Notes: generated by a model from the letters alone, not told the origin. A stretch of DNA of 64,000 nucleotides from Octopus vulgaris (GCA_951406725.2 OX597814.1:64852001-64916000), one strand, 5' to 3'; positions 39,488 to 54,334 are shown, counted from the stretch's first letter. Made by a program: numbers and translations.

Positions 39488-40764
39488 GTGCAATAATCTG
39501 CGTCGAAAGAAATGCAGCTATGTTTGATCATATTTAACACACTGGTCGTACGCTTATATATGAAAAGACTTTACAGAAACTAGCTCGAATGAAAAGGGCA
39601 ATATATTAAAAAACAAGATAAAAATAACTCAAAAACACCCCATTGTGCATGTTGAATATGCGAAAGAAGAAAAGAAAAGAGCAAACCAGGAGGAGAAATA
39701 CACAATGTAACACGATTTATCCACCGGCTGAAGCTTCATATAAATAAGTGCGCGCACAAAACATAGTAAAACACAGACGTGCAGAACATGCACATTCAAT
39801 CGTTATACTTAAGATGTTTTCAAAATTATAAATTATTTTCCAGTGTAGAGGTTCCACTATCATTTCGATAATTTTCTTTTACGATAAAATTATGCATTCG
39901 TTATAAAAATTAATCATACTTTTATATAATTCACTTACGAAAATAATTACATATTTGTTTAAAAAGAAATTACAAACTAGTTTACAGTTTCTCTCTCTCT
40001 CCCCTCTCTCTCTCACACACACATACACACATACACACACACACAGAGGCACTCAGAAACACATATGCACACACATCAAAAATGACACGAAGAGTTATGT
40101 GAACAAGAAGGGGGGATTCTAGTGATTTTTATCTAATTCATTCTAAGCTGAAAACTCAGGTAACCGTTATTACGAGTTTGACAGATTCGATTTTAGATAG
40201 CAATGATATTGGAGCAAGTTTCATTAAAAGAAGAGCACAAATGTATTTTCATTTACATTTGTATTATACATTATGTATTATACTTTATGCTTCGGAACAT
40301 TACCAAAGATTCTGTGTACGTGTTTTCGGTATTTTAGTGGAAGCTCCTTTTGTTTTTCTTACATTTTCTGCAGTCTTTAGCATCCAACCATCTCTACTCA
40401 CAGTGTCCTCTTTTTGTTGCAAGACAATGAGATAGACAGAGAGTGGGGATAGAGGAAGAGAGGGGGAATGAGAGAACATACTGCTGATTATGGCACGTTT
40501 CTTGGATGACGAATCACTGCCCAAACAAGACTGTCGCATAACAAACTCTTTGCTGGTTATCGTGGCTTAGAGGCCCTAACGTAAATGTACAAGAAAGATC
40601 CCGTGATATGCCATGGTGCTTGTGAGTGGAAATCTCATGCGAGCATGTTTAAAGCATGAAAACGAAACAGTGAAGTGGCGACAGCATATTCAATGTATTA
40701 AGCCAGCATATTTTACTTAAAACTGTATTCCAAACTGTGAGTAATCATTATTTGTTCTGCTCTA

Positions 40765-41326
40765 AGGCAGTACGCCGGGCGAAATGCTTAGTGGTATTTC
40801 GTACGTCTTCACGTTCTGAGTTCAAATTCCGTTGAGGTCGGCTATGCCTTTCATTCTTTCGGGATCGAGGAAATAAGTACCAGTTGAGTACTGGGGTCAG
40901 TGTAATCTACTATCTCCCTACCCCAAAGTTTCAGGCTTTGTGCCTATAGCAGAAAGGGTTATTTGTTCTGCTCTAATACCTGTTATAATGTTACCTTCTG
41001 CAAACAAAACTTTCAAAATAACAAAATTCAGCGATGAAAACTCTCAAAACAGGCTTTAAATATTGTATTAGAGCTCTACCTGCACATATATATTTAAGTG
41101 AATTTAGAGAGTCAGAAGCAAAAATATTGGTTTCAAGGTTTGGTACAGATCAGCGAGGTCGGGAAAGTGGGTAATTCTATTTCATCAACTCAAGTGTTCA
41201 ACTGGCTCTTATCTTATCGCCCCAGAAAGGATGAAAATGAAGCCGACCGCGGCGGAATTTGAACTCAGGCCGGAAAGCTGCAAAACATTTTGCCAGGTGC
41301 GATAACGATTCTGCCAGCTCGCCGCC
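40765..41326. mobile_element. Two SINE family B copies in inverted orientation (40765-40962 plus; 41125-41326 minus)
   Basis: gttctgagttcaaattccg versus cggaatttgaactcag. Confidence 0.85.
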
Positions 41327-42189
41327 TCTACAGTAATGAAATATTGATTGTAAAATAGCAATGTCTCATCTACCCATGGGACACATAACATTGATATCCA
41401 GGTATTCTGCAGCCCACAGTTTTCCTTTTCGGTACGCTTCGATGTTATACAAGCAATACATACAGGCTTGTTTATGCACTGCTTTTGCCTTTTTTTATTT
41501 TTTATAAGTGACAGCTGATATCTCGGCTGCTTGCTTCAGCTTCACTGACCTAACCTAATCTTAAAAGGTAACCAGACTTAGTCATTCATTTTGTTTAAAT
41601 ATCTGTGGTATATAAAATAGTGCTTATTGTGAATGTAGGAAGGCATTTTTCACTACCTACGGGGGACATCAAAGACGTTAGTGTAAAACTTTTAGGAGAT
41701 AAACTTACAGACGTTTTTGGTATCGATATTCCTATGGTGAACAATACAACGGGTTTAAATTCTAGAATAGCAGACATATCCAACAGAATTTTGTCGTCAA
41801 CCAATAGGAAATTTAGAAAATTATTGGCTTAGAAAACAACTAAATTGAAGTGAATATTAATGCTGCCTACGAAGTTGGATTACGATGGAATACATTATTT
41901 TGTCCCAATTCAGCCTTGCATAACCCATGTTAAAAAAAAGAAATAAAAATAAAAATCACCTAGATGAAGTTAATATAACGTATAACGAGGTTTCGGGTAA
42001 CAAATAAATATTGATTTCTGTATAAATAAACAGTTCGTTTGTGAAACTGCCGGTGTCCTGGTCGACTGCATTTACACGCGGTTATTACTGTCTTATTCTT
42101 ATATTTAAAAAGGATTCTACTTTAGTACTTTCTTTCCCCAAACTCTCCTCATTACTCTTGTTGCGCTGATCTTAATATTTTGAAATCAA

Positions 42190-42597
42190 TTTGGCAGCAT
42201 GCCGGACAAAATGCTTAGCGGACTTTTCGTTATTTTTACGTTCTGAGTTCAAATTCCACCGAGGTTGACTGTCTTTCATCCTTTCGGGGTCGGTCAATTA
42301 CATCGATTTACCCTTCTCCCGAAATTGCTGGCCTTGCGCCAAAATCTAAAATCAATATTTTAAAATCTTGTTAGGGTGGAGTAGTGGCAGAATTTTTAGT
42401 ACGCGGAGCAAAATGTTGAGTGGCATTTTCGTCTGTATTAACTTTCTGAGTACAAATTCCGCCAAGGTTGACTCTGCCTTTCATCCTCTCGGGATCGATA
42501 AAATAAGTACCAGTTCAGCACTGGGATCCATGCAATCGATTAACACCCCCAGCCTCATAAATTTCATGCATTGTGCCTATAGTAGAAAGGAATATTT
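42190..42597 (+). mobile_element. Two tandem SINE family B copies
   Basis: Repeated caaaatg.t.ag.gg...ttctgagt.caaattcc.cc.aggttgact. Confidence 0.85.
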
Positions 42598-42651
42598 TAA
42601 AGTTTTATCTTAGGCGCTTTATTGCTTCAGAACAACTTCTCTTCTATTGTA

Positions 42652-42868
42652 CAAAGGGCTGCTGAAAAGTTCCTGGCTTTGGATAATTGAAAATACAGGA
42701 GGATCAGTTGATTATGATTTTATCCAACATAATTCCCTCCTTGATTCACACACTTATTGCAGAGGCCCTTCGGTTTTTGTAAGCCATGTAAAGCAACTCG
42801 TATTGTTGGGGCTCCAGCCAGGCCTTTCACAATACCCTTAAAGCTAGGAACTTTTCAGCACCCCGTCG
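42652..42868. mobile_element. Tc1/mariner-derived MITE
   Basis: ~29-bp TIRs (caaagggctgctgaaaagttcctggcttt / aaagctaggaacttttcagcaccccgtcg) with TA on both sides. Confidence 0.88.
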
Positions 42869-45425
42869 TATACTTTCCGTTTCAATTTTAGCTCCAAACA
42901 AAATACGAGGTTGTTTTCTTATTCGTTTCTTGTCGCGTTTCATATCGATAATCGAGTGTTATGCTAGTTTTATATCACAGAATGGTCTGCTAATTAGTAT
43001 GATTTAATTTTAAGAGGGTATGTTTGTCGATATTTCCTAATCACACACGCACACACACATACACACACACATACATACACACAAACACACAAACGCACAT
43101 GCGCATATGCGCGCGCGTTCAGACACATGCACACTAACATTCACCCACTCTCAAGTACACATATGAATATGGAATTAAGGCTTTATTTTTTAATAGCCTT
43201 TTCTAAACTTGGCAACAGCTTAACAAAGATGAACGCAACTGGAGAACTATTCCTTATTATGTCTCGTTTATATAATTCCATATTTCTCGTGGAAAATTTC
43301 ACCAAAGAAAAATATATCATAAATTAAATAAATCTAAATATTTATGAAAATTTGAATCAATATATTTTATTTACATTTTACGTGCTTGAGTAAACCTATT
43401 TGTAAGAGAACTTTTTCAATTGTAACCTGTCAAATGAAATTTAATTACTTCAAAAGGGAATTGCTGGCAACATATGTTATTGGAGGTAACATTTTACTTC
43501 CTCCAAGTACTCAAGCTAAGGCTGTAAGTGGTTTCAGTCCTTACTTGCTGTCACCTTAATTCACGGCAACTATAATACTTTTGAATAGAAGTGAACATTA
43601 AACATTCTATTTTTCAGTTTGCCGTAAGCTATAAGATCTTTATACACGCGCGCACAGACACACAGCCATCACTCCCTAATAAATAAAAACTTAAAATCTG
43701 CTACCCACTCTATAACTATAACCATCATTGCCTTAGGTTTCTACTATACAATTCTACAAATAATACAATTTATAGAAAAATTTCTTTTGTATTTCTGACA
43801 GAATTTATGGATCAACTTTCGTTATGTAGTTGGTAGATGGAAAATGAAAGGATCCCGTCGTGTGTATATACTACTGCCTGACAACTGGTGTTGATGTGTT
43901 TATGTCCCTGCAAGTTAACAGTTCGGTGAAAAGAGTCCGATAGAATAAGTATAAGGTTTCAAATGAAAACTAAGGACTGTTCGATTCATTCGACTAAAAT
44001 TCTTCAAGGAGAGCCCCAGCATGACCGCAGTCTCATGACTGAAACCAGTAAAGATAAAAGATTAAAGAAGATGTATGTATGTATGTATGTGTGTGTATGT
44101 ATACATGTATGCATGTATATAAGTTTGTATGCATGCATGCATGTACGTTTGTATGTGTATATGTATATATGCATGCATGTATGTATGTATGTATGTATGT
44201 ATGTATATATGCATGTATGTATGTATATATGTTTGTATGCATACATGTATGCATGTATGTATGTTTGTATGTATGTATGCATGTATGTATATATATACAT
44301 GCATGCATGTATATATATATATTTGCGTGCATGCACGTATATAAGCTTGTATGTATGCCTGTATGTCTGCAAGTGTGTATCTATGCATGCAAGTAAGTAT
44401 TATGTATGCATGTATATTTTTATATATCCATGCAAGTATATCTGTCATAGCTGTATTGCTAAGAATTTCGCTTGGCGTGCATGAGAACCCATAATGTAAA
44501 ATGTTATTGTTTTTACTTTGAAGTGAACTCATACGATGTGAGTAACGATGGATTTACAGAAACCGTAAAGAAGCTGGTTAAACGTATCTATAGTTAATAG
44601 AGACAGCCGTGGAACGCTGATTCGGCCTTAGAGCTATATTACAGATGCACTTGTCTATGAAATTCTTAGCCACTTGCATATTAATTCGATGATCAGGTAA
44701 TGAAGTTGATCGAGCAACTGAATTACTTAATCCACACTTTATGTATGTCTATGAGTCTGTGAGCATATGTGTATGTATGAGAAAAAGAAAGAGAGAAGAA
44801 GAAAGTGAGCGAGAGAGAAAGAGAGAAGGAGAAAGTGAGCGAGAGAGAAAGAGAGAGAAAGAGAGAAGGAGAAAGTGAGCGAGAGAGAAAGAGAGAGAAA
44901 GTGAGTGAGAGAGAAAGAGAGAGAGATATATAAGGGAGAGCTGTATTGTAATATAGAGTGTCACAAATATAAGGTTTACATATGATCACTCAGGCAATAC
45001 ATGTTTGTGGGTTCATCAAATATTTGTTGACTGATCATGTGTGTAATTTATGGTTCTTACACTCCAAGTAACAACGGAATCAATCACCAACTGTTCTTAA
45101 TAAATATATATTCAACACCATGTATAGCATCATAGGCAGACGTAAATATGTGAGAGAAAGAAAGAGAGAGAGAGAGAGAGAGTGAGTGAGAGAGTGAGTG
45201 AGAGAGTGAGAGAGAGAGAGAGAGAGAGCTTAGCCAGCGGGGTGGCGTCATTCGAAGGCTAAAACAATGCGAACGCATTGTGACCAGCGATGTGTAACAG
45301 CATCTGATGGTCTGGTCGGTCACGTGATCACTGCACACGCGCACACCTACACGCATACATGCATACATGCATACACACACACACGCACGTACACATACAT
45401 ACATACACACACACATACACACACA

Positions 45426-45486
<61 letters not shown>

Positions 45487-45553
45487 GCATGTACGCGCAC
45501 ACACATGCACATACACACACTTCCACACACACACACGTACATACATACACACT

Positions 45554-45593
<40 letters not shown>

Positions 45594-45739
45594 CACACAC
45601 ATATATACACACATACTTACATACATTCATCGGACACACTGACACCCAGACATACACACAGACACACTCACACATCCACACACACATACTTACACACACA
45701 CTCGCAGGCGCGCGCACACACGCGCTTGCGCCGGCTCGC

Positions 45740-46602
45740 GCACGCATACGCGCATGCATGCACCTCGCTCTTGGACCCGACGAGATCTCCGGCTCGTTTC
45801 TGGGGCCTTCGCCTGTCGTTGGATTCTCCCACGCCCGTCTCCGCGGGACCACTCTTCCATCTTCCCCTCAGCTGGAGTCCTTTTTCCTTATAACCCCCCC
45901 TTTTTTGTACACACACGCGCACACATACATACACCCACTCACACACACATTTGCTTAAATATATACATTACTCTTACACACACTTCAAATCTACTCGCCA
46001 TACATACAACTTCGACACTGGACACACTTCACACTGGACACACACACACTACCACTCAACACACACACACTACCACTCAACACACACACTGGCACGTTAC
46101 ATACGCCCCCACCCCTTCCCCTCCCTCCCTTCCTCCTTCCTTCATTTTTTTACTACTGACCACTGTCTGCTATGCCTACTACTGTTTCGCCCTACCTCAC
46201 ACGCCTACACACAGACGCACACACTAACATATATATATATTTTTTGTTTTTTTATCTCGCCTCACACACACATACACACACGCACACGCACACACTCACA
46301 CATACACACACATCTGTTGCGTTACCAACCCTGTCTCCACTCTTTTGGCTTTAAAAACCTACTTTGCTCTTGTTATCGTAAACTTCCACCTTTCACCATG
46401 TGTACTTCGTAAACACCAGTCGCTTTTTTTTTTCTCCCTCTGTTTGCCCACCTCGGGATCTTTCGTTCCTCTCTCTTCCATCTTTATGCTCGAAACGTCA
46501 TACCTTCCTGCTTCCATCTTTCCTGAGCGCCTATTAATAATAATACTGTAATTGTTCCACGTGTTGTTGTTTTTTCTGTTTTCCCGTTTGGATTAAAATT
46601 AA
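45740..46602 (+). mobile_element. Decayed PLE-like remnant ending in a diverged copy of the 54337-type terminal repeat
   Basis: gctcgaaacgtca...tttcctgagcgc...ttgttccacgtgttgttgt...ttggattaa followed by (TA)n. Confidence 0.5.
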
Positions 46603-47002
46603 ATATATATATATATATATATGTGGGTAGACCGTTCTTACGTTACAATAATGTTTGCAAAAGGGAGATATGAAGGCCTGCAACATCAATATCAGCGGTT
46701 AGGAGGCAGTTGCCGGGAACCGTGGAGATTGGCGACGTACCGTAAAAGAGGGAATACAAAGGAGTGACAGAGAGAGAGAGAGGGAGAAAAGGAAAGACAA
46801 GAAGAGACGTCAACAAGGAACAGTCTTCGCTACATTTGCGGTACCTGCCAGAGGGAGTGTTTGTCCATGTTAGGACTACACAGCCACAGCAGGAAATGTA
46901 TCAGGACATGAAATGTAAAAGCCGGACTAGACTATTTTATGCGCAACTTCTTTGTCTCCCGAGACAAAAAGGATGCCAACAATATATATATATATATATA
47001 TA

Positions 47003-47244
47003 AATTGAGATAGGGGTTGTAAATGCAACCCTCCATGGGATAACATATATCCAATATACTGCTAGTGAAGTACCCAACAAAGTAATACATAAATGTTAAG
47101 AATTGCGATGCAATTAATTCATTTACTGTATTATATGGGCAAAGGTGAAATGTTTTACCACAAATTAATAATACAAAATAAGAAAATGGAGAAACACATC
47201 TTAATCGATCAATGATTAAGATGTGTTTCTCCATTTTCTTATTT

Positions 47245-47249
<5 letters not shown>
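47003..47249 (-). mobile_element. Short relative of the intact PLE's 5' region with a terminal inverted duplication
   Basis: 47003-47205 aligns with 9466-9665; perfect 36-bp arms at 47171-47206 and 47214-47249; (TA)n on both flanks. Confidence 0.88.
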
Positions 47250-47285
<36 letters not shown>

Positions 47286-48518
47286 GTATGTATGTATGCA
47301 CGTATATATAGATTCATACACACATACATGCTTTGATGTATACATATATACCATCTCTTTAAGGGTATTTTAGTATCCTCCACAATGTGTTTTGTCTGGT
47401 AAACTGCGCCAATGAGATACTCGATTAAAGGCTGTAGAATGATGATCAATTTAGCTTAATGTATTCCAGTTAATTGTGTCTACGCTTACGCTTGTGAACT
47501 GTGACAGAAATACGGTAATTTTATCTGTTATTTGAAGCGATCCAATTAAAATTTTTTTACTATACCATTCTATTCAATATCTTCATTAAGGGTACAAGAT
47601 CCCGCATTTATATAATTTTTTGTGCATGAGCTATGGTGACGTACGCTTAGATTCCTAAATGAAAAACTTTTCTTTTTGATAGAATTAAAAATAGTTGTCT
47701 TCGCTCTAAAGAAATTGCCTTGTTGATATGTATAAGCGTCATCTATATGTAGTGTACGCAAGGCTATGTATATCGTTCTCTATGTGTCTGTGATTTTATG
47801 AATATGATTTTAAACATGCGTACAATGTGTATATAAGTCTAACAAAATTTGTAATCCGCATGTAACACAACAACGTGTTTTTGTACGGATCCAATTATTG
47901 GAAAATTGTTTTCCCTTTATATGATTCATATCTGTTGTCATTTTATTTTAAAACAACAAAAAGTAAGGTGCACGCATTGTGTTTTGTGAACTTTTCTGAA
48001 GGCATACATAAACATGCATCTATGCACGCTAGCTGGTTTAGGTATTTACATGTTTGCTTATGCCTCAAATATCCTTACCATTCAGGCTTTACATTATGCT
48101 TGTTTGCCTGTTTGCTTTCCAAAGAACAAATCCTAACGCTATGAAATCGGATTTATCACGATGACTGTCACATAAACGTTTAAGTCGCTTTACGACTTGC
48201 TAATTCTTTCAATATTTCTGTCAGACAAAATCCAGACTAAGATTTATTTAATCTGCTTTAATTAGATAACTGACAACAATAATGATATTTTATCACCGTA
48301 TGTTAAATAATCTCTCTTTCTCTCTCTCTCTCCACACACACACACACATACACACACACACACACACATACACACACACATATATATACATATATATATA
48401 TATATATTCTTTCTTCTCGCCACTCCTCTCTAGTTTTCTTTTTAACTTTTCTACTAAACGTATATAAAGGCATGTATACATACTGACATACAAAAACACA
48501 ATTATTTATATGTATTTA

Positions 48519-48604
<86 letters not shown>

Positions 48605-49350
48605 TGTATAATACACACATGCACAAATATATACACATAATATATGCACAAATATATACACATAATAGACATAATGTGCTGGTTTGCCTTCCATAATTCA
48701 CTATACAAAGAGAAAGCATTTATGCAGTTATAGCGTGTTTCCATGTGTTTATAGATTGTTGCTGTTCTTTGTTAACCCAAGGTCAGTACTAGCTCAGTAG
48801 ACACATTATCAAAAACTTTCTAGACAAGAACACTTGGTGCTTCTGTGAAGAATTATGCAATGTGTCACTCAGTTTTGCAAGATGAATGGGGTTATTTTGA
48901 GTAAAGGTTTGGCTGATGTAACTAACACAAAGAAGTGCCTCGTTGGATCATCCTTTATAGGCATCGATTTATATGTTTATGAATATTACATTCATGTGAG
49001 GTACATTCTGCTTAGAAGAAGTGAGAAAAATGCTGTAACACACTACCCTATCTCGCAAATGCACTGATTTCCAACATTCCCAAATATTCTGATGATACAA
49101 AAATCTGTTTCTGGCAGTTAGTTAATGCGATATCACTTCCATCAAGTCAGTCTGTAATACGCTTACCTCACACTAAACATTGTGCCCATTCATTACAGAT
49201 GTTTTGTTCTTTTGTTTAGCTGTAGGTCAAACAGACCTTCCTTGCGCCGGAAACTCTTGATGGAATTGTACGATTCGGCATGTTAAACCTGGCGAGTGCA
49301 TATCACTCCAGATCTGTTGCAGCTGATTTCTCTCTCTTCTTGTTCATCTT

Positions 49351-49386
<36 letters not shown>

Positions 49387-50417
49387 GGGGAGAGAGGATT
49401 AGAAGAAAGAGCTTCAGACTGTCATTTTATCTGTTGAGTCCCAAATGGATGAAAACCAAAGTTAACATCAACGAAATTTGAACTCAGACGATAACGAAAG
49501 AATACAACAAAGTATTCAGTCCGACTCTTTAGCGACTCCGCTAATTCACCTCCTAAATTCATTCTCTAATTCATCAAGCAAATCAAAGTTTCAGGAAATA
49601 ATTCCAGTTTGATTATTCTGCCTTTTCCTCCGGTATAATGTACCCAAGACTATATTATCCAATTGTCCCTTTCATCGACACTAAGCTAAAATTTTAAAGA
49701 TTTGATTGTTATTTCTATCAGGTTGAGCAAGCACGTTGAGTTGTCTTCCTTAAAATCTCAATACAAACATTTTACTCAGGACGTCATCCATATCTCCCTT
49801 ACTCACATTTTCTCTGCAAAAATTAACTTCTAGATGTTAGAATTAAGCATAAGCCATTGAATCTCGCCGTCTGTGCAAGGTGAAATTTTTATTGTTATTG
49901 TTGTTACTTATCCAGAACATATCTGATCAGGTTGGTTAATGATCAAAGACGTGTGAACAGTAGGTTGTGTATTTGTAGCTTTAGTCACCAGAATCACCTT
50001 TAGTCATTAGATTGTAATTCAACGGAGGTATAGTCGTGATTTTAGGAAGTTCGCGGAGAAATGCCTTTGGAAGAAAAGTGTATGACTTAACGAGACTCAA
50101 ATGTATCTTCGAATAAATTATATAAAACTAAACACTGTATGATGTTAGTATAGAAATGATTCGTGGGAAATTAATACATGTTCAGTTATACTCATGTAGG
50201 CTTCTTAATTCCGGTTACACAGGCTGTATGTCTGTACACAATGTTACGTAACGTTCACTAAAGTATATGAAATTTATTTTTTACAAATATACTCGTATAT
50301 GTGAAAATTTCACTACGATTTTCATAAATATTAAGAATTTGCTTGAACATATATATTTTCCAACATGGAATAATATCAGTTCAAACGTTTGGAGTTCTTT
50401 CAAAATTAGAAGTATTA

Positions 50418-51272
50418 AGGAGGGTGAGTTGGTAGAATCGCTAATACGCCGGGCGAAATGCTTGGTGGCATTTCGTCCGTCTTTATGTTCTGAGTTCAAA
50501 TACTGCAGAGGCTGACTTTGCCTTTCGACACTTCGGGGACGATAAAACAAGTACCAGTTGGATACTGGGGTCGATGTTACCGACATACGCTCTCCTAAGA
50601 TTGCTGACCATGTGCCAAAAATTGAAACTGATTCTAGAAATATTAAAGGAGGCAAGCAGGTAGAATCGTTAGAACGCCAGACAAAATGCTTAGCGGTATT
50701 TCACCCAGCTTCACGTACTCAGTGCAAATTCCGTTGAGGTCGATGTTGCCTTTCACCTTTGATCATTGGGGTCGATGTAATTGACTGGTCCCCTCCCCCG
50801 AAATTGTTGACCTTGTACTAAAACTTGAACCCAATATTACAAGTTATAAAGGCAGCACGATGGTAGAGTCGTTAATACGCCGGACAAAATACTTAGCGGC
50901 ATTTCGTCAGATTTTACATCGAGCCCAGTGCTCACTGGCCCTTGTTTTATCGACCCTGAACGGATGAAAGGCAAAATCGACTTCGGTTGAATTTGAACCC
51001 AGAACGAAAAAACAGACGAAATATCGTTAAGAACTTTGCTCGGCATGCTAACGATTCTGCTAACTTGCTACCTTTTAGGTGATGAATATAGCTCCAAAGA
51101 AGGCGGCGAACTGGCAAGAACGGAAGATCTGAGTTCAAATTCTGCCGAGGTCGACTTTGCCTTTCATCCTTCCGGAGTCGGTAAATCAAGTACCAGTTGT
51201 ATACTGGAGGGGATCTAATCGACTGGTCCATCCTCAAAAGTTTCGGGCATTGTGCCTAGAGTAGAAAAGAAT
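50418..51272. mobile_element. Cluster of about five SINE family B copies, one inverted (about 50925-51075)
   Basis: Repeated head ggtagaatcg.ta...cgcc.g.c.aaatgctt.g.gg.atttc. Confidence 0.88.
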
Positions 51273-51834
51273 ATAGCCAAATCTACCATCCAGTAACCGA
51301 ACAAATTCTCCACTTCTATTTGTATTGCGTGTTCTCTATATACACTGAATGAATTTCGAGTGTCTAGAGAGGAAATGAAGCAGACCTGTCAATTTATCCG
51401 CCTAAGATTTCAGTTTATGAGTGCGATAATGAAATATAATCACTAGAAAGTGAAAAAGTTTTGCAATACTTCGTACGAGCAAATGTATATTACGTAAGAA
51501 AGAAAAGTAAAATAAAAAGAAAGGCGGTATGATGAGGAAATTACGCTTTTCAGGTTATCGGAGACTAGTGTAAAGGGGAGAAAGAAAGAATATGGAGATC
51601 AAGTTAAAATACTTACAATGAAGTGGACTCAGATAAAAGCGTCTAATGACCAATGACCAACTACTTTAATGATGGATTATGTTTAACACCCAATAATAGG
51701 GACACACCTTTCATATAGTCTACATCAACAAAGATTCATTCAAAATATATGGTCAATTCAAGTATATCATAGAAAAGAATAAGTCATACGACGGTCGTGC
51801 TCTATTATATATAACCAACGGAGTGCCAATAATA

Positions 51835-51899
<65 letters not shown>

Positions 51900-52012
51900 T
51901 AATGTTATATATATATATATATTTTATATATTATATATTATATATATTATACACACACACATATATATTATATATATGATATATATTATTTATATATTAC
52001 ATATATATATTG

Positions 52013-52044
<32 letters not shown>

Positions 52045-52264
52045 GTATATATTATATATATATTATATATATATATCATATACATATATATATATATTAT
52101 ATATCATATGTATATTATATATCATATATATTATATATGTATATTATATACATATATCGTATATATATCATGTATATATATATCATATATATATATATAT
52201 ACATTGTATATATATTATATGTATATATCTATATCATATGTATGTATATATATATAGATACACA

Positions 52265-52345
<81 letters not shown>

Positions 52346-52407
52346 CAACAGAAAGAGATAAAAATCAAAGGCAGTGAATAGTTTTCAGAACATTTATAAA
52401 GAGGAAG

Positions 52408-52452
52408 TCTTACAGCTGTTTCTGGAATATTTTATACATCCCTTCATGAGAG
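52408..52452 (-). ncRNA. Mutated hammerhead (CUcAUGA-A-GGGA...UUCC-A-GAAA-CAGCUG-UA)
   Basis: Same palindromic CAGCUG stem III as the intact PLE; the G5-to-C change is probably inactivating. Confidence 0.65.
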
Positions 52453-52707
52453 AAGGTGCAAGAAAATGTTCAATAATAGTTATTATAGAGAAGATAGGAA
52501 ATGCAGAATGAAGTAGAGAATGAAGACATATATATATGCATACATATAAGGATGCAACGCGTCAGCAACGGTTCAAATGACATGAAATACGTAAACCACT
52601 AGAAAAAAGGGGAGAAAGAGAAAGCAGGACAGATTAACACAGTGAAGGTACCCTCTCACTCTACTCTTCATTTCGTGCATTCAATTACAATATGAGTCTT
52701 CAAAGGT

Positions 52708-52777
<70 letters not shown>

Positions 52778-53149
52778 GAATGAAAACTGTGAAGGAGGAA
52801 GAGGGGAAAAGGGAATGAGAGAATAATGGTGGTAGAAAACAGTATAGAAAAGAGAATGGCATGAAAAGGTGAAGATAATCCTACTTGGAAATGGATGTGT
52901 CACGTTCAATTAAATAATAATTAATAAATAACATAATATCATATATATATATATATACACATGCATATATGGGTACAGGATGTCACTAACGATACAAATA
53001 ACATGAAATACGTAAACAACGAAAAGAAAAAAGAGACTAAAATGGAAAGCAGGTCAAGTTAACAGAGAGGAAGGCCCTTCATCAGTTGTATATATAAATA
53101 TATATATATATATAAATATATATATATGTGTGTGTGTGTGTTAAAGAGC

Positions 53150-53950
53150 TACTTTCTATGCTTTTTGAAACAGTACGATTTACGGTAAAATAATGACAAT
53201 TTTCTAACGTTCATTATTACATTAATGTCGAATTCTGTTATAATTTGCCGAAACCATACGTTTCTAAGAGAAATGATTAGGCAAAACGACCCTATAATGA
53301 TCTGTATAAACCTGAAATTAGGTTTATTGTCATGCGTTGAAACAACTTAATAGTAGTGATACTTTGTTTCATAGAGATTAGAAGACATCATTTAGGGCTA
53401 TTCGTGAAGTTTTCTCGTTGATCCTTAAATACAAAGTGTAGTTTATTGATTCAGGTGGTTTGTCTATGTGTCTAGTTCCATCTGTGGCTAGATTCTTTGC
53501 TTTAATACTAAATGTTCTATTCTAATTATTTCTTTATAACTCTAACCTTGAATACAAATTTTGCGTTACCTGCTCTTACAAATAGATTGCTGGAATTACG
53601 AAAGAGTTGTAAATACTTTATAATTTCATTGTGGAGGCTGTTGGTTTCGTTGAAAAAACTTCCCGTTATTATATGCTTAAATAGGTCTTCTATGAAACTT
53701 TCCATGTTTTGATGAGAGAGGAACTTTATGACGCGAGGCCAAACTTATTATTTGTATGTATCTTATATAAGGCTTTATCAAAGAAGAAGACACCTTAGTA
53801 TACTTTCTATGAACTACTTGGCATAAAGATTTCTTGATAAGATACCAATACTTTCAGAGAACGAACGATGGTATGCTTTCTATATTTCAGGATATTCTGT
53901 GGTCATATACACTTCCCAGCCAACACGTATTTGTTGAAGCATAATAGCGT
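53150..53950 (-). pseudogene. Decayed PLE reverse transcriptase N-terminal region
   Basis: Minus-strand pieces SFIEDLFKHII, LHNEIIKY and FVFKDQRENFTNSPK*CLLISMK are collinear with NFEQELWETVK, LHKEITKKY and ITLKDHKENFLGNTQVRLICPTK of the intact RT. Confidence 0.75.
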
Positions 53951-54290
53951 TAATGATAACAAATGAGAGACGATGCACTCAATACCTGAAAGTTTAATAT
54001 AAATAAATTAGTTAATTTAGTCAGCCGGATCCAAAAGTGGATCATCACTTTTCCTTCGGGTTAAGAATAGACAACAAAAGTCACTATATTGGAGGGAATA
54101 TAGCCTTATCAGTGGTCAACACGAATTTAACATTACCCTGATGCTATGAGGTTAGAGCCATCATTTCCACGTAGCGCAAAGTAATGAGACTGAAATAAAT
54201 AAATAAATTTAATAAATAAATGAATAAATAAATAAATTCAAAGGTTTATGCTTAAAATGATGTAAGTGTGGTTTGCAACGAATTCGAAGG

Positions 54291-54334
<44 letters not shown>

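Noticed and set aside
41350-41832. Short ORFs and a KPVCIAC motif suggesting a transposase or host exon
   Set aside because: Too short and degenerate to assign.
47350-47800. Possible Pif1/Helitron helicase trace (SVTVHK)
   Set aside because: Single weak motif amid stops and frameshifts.
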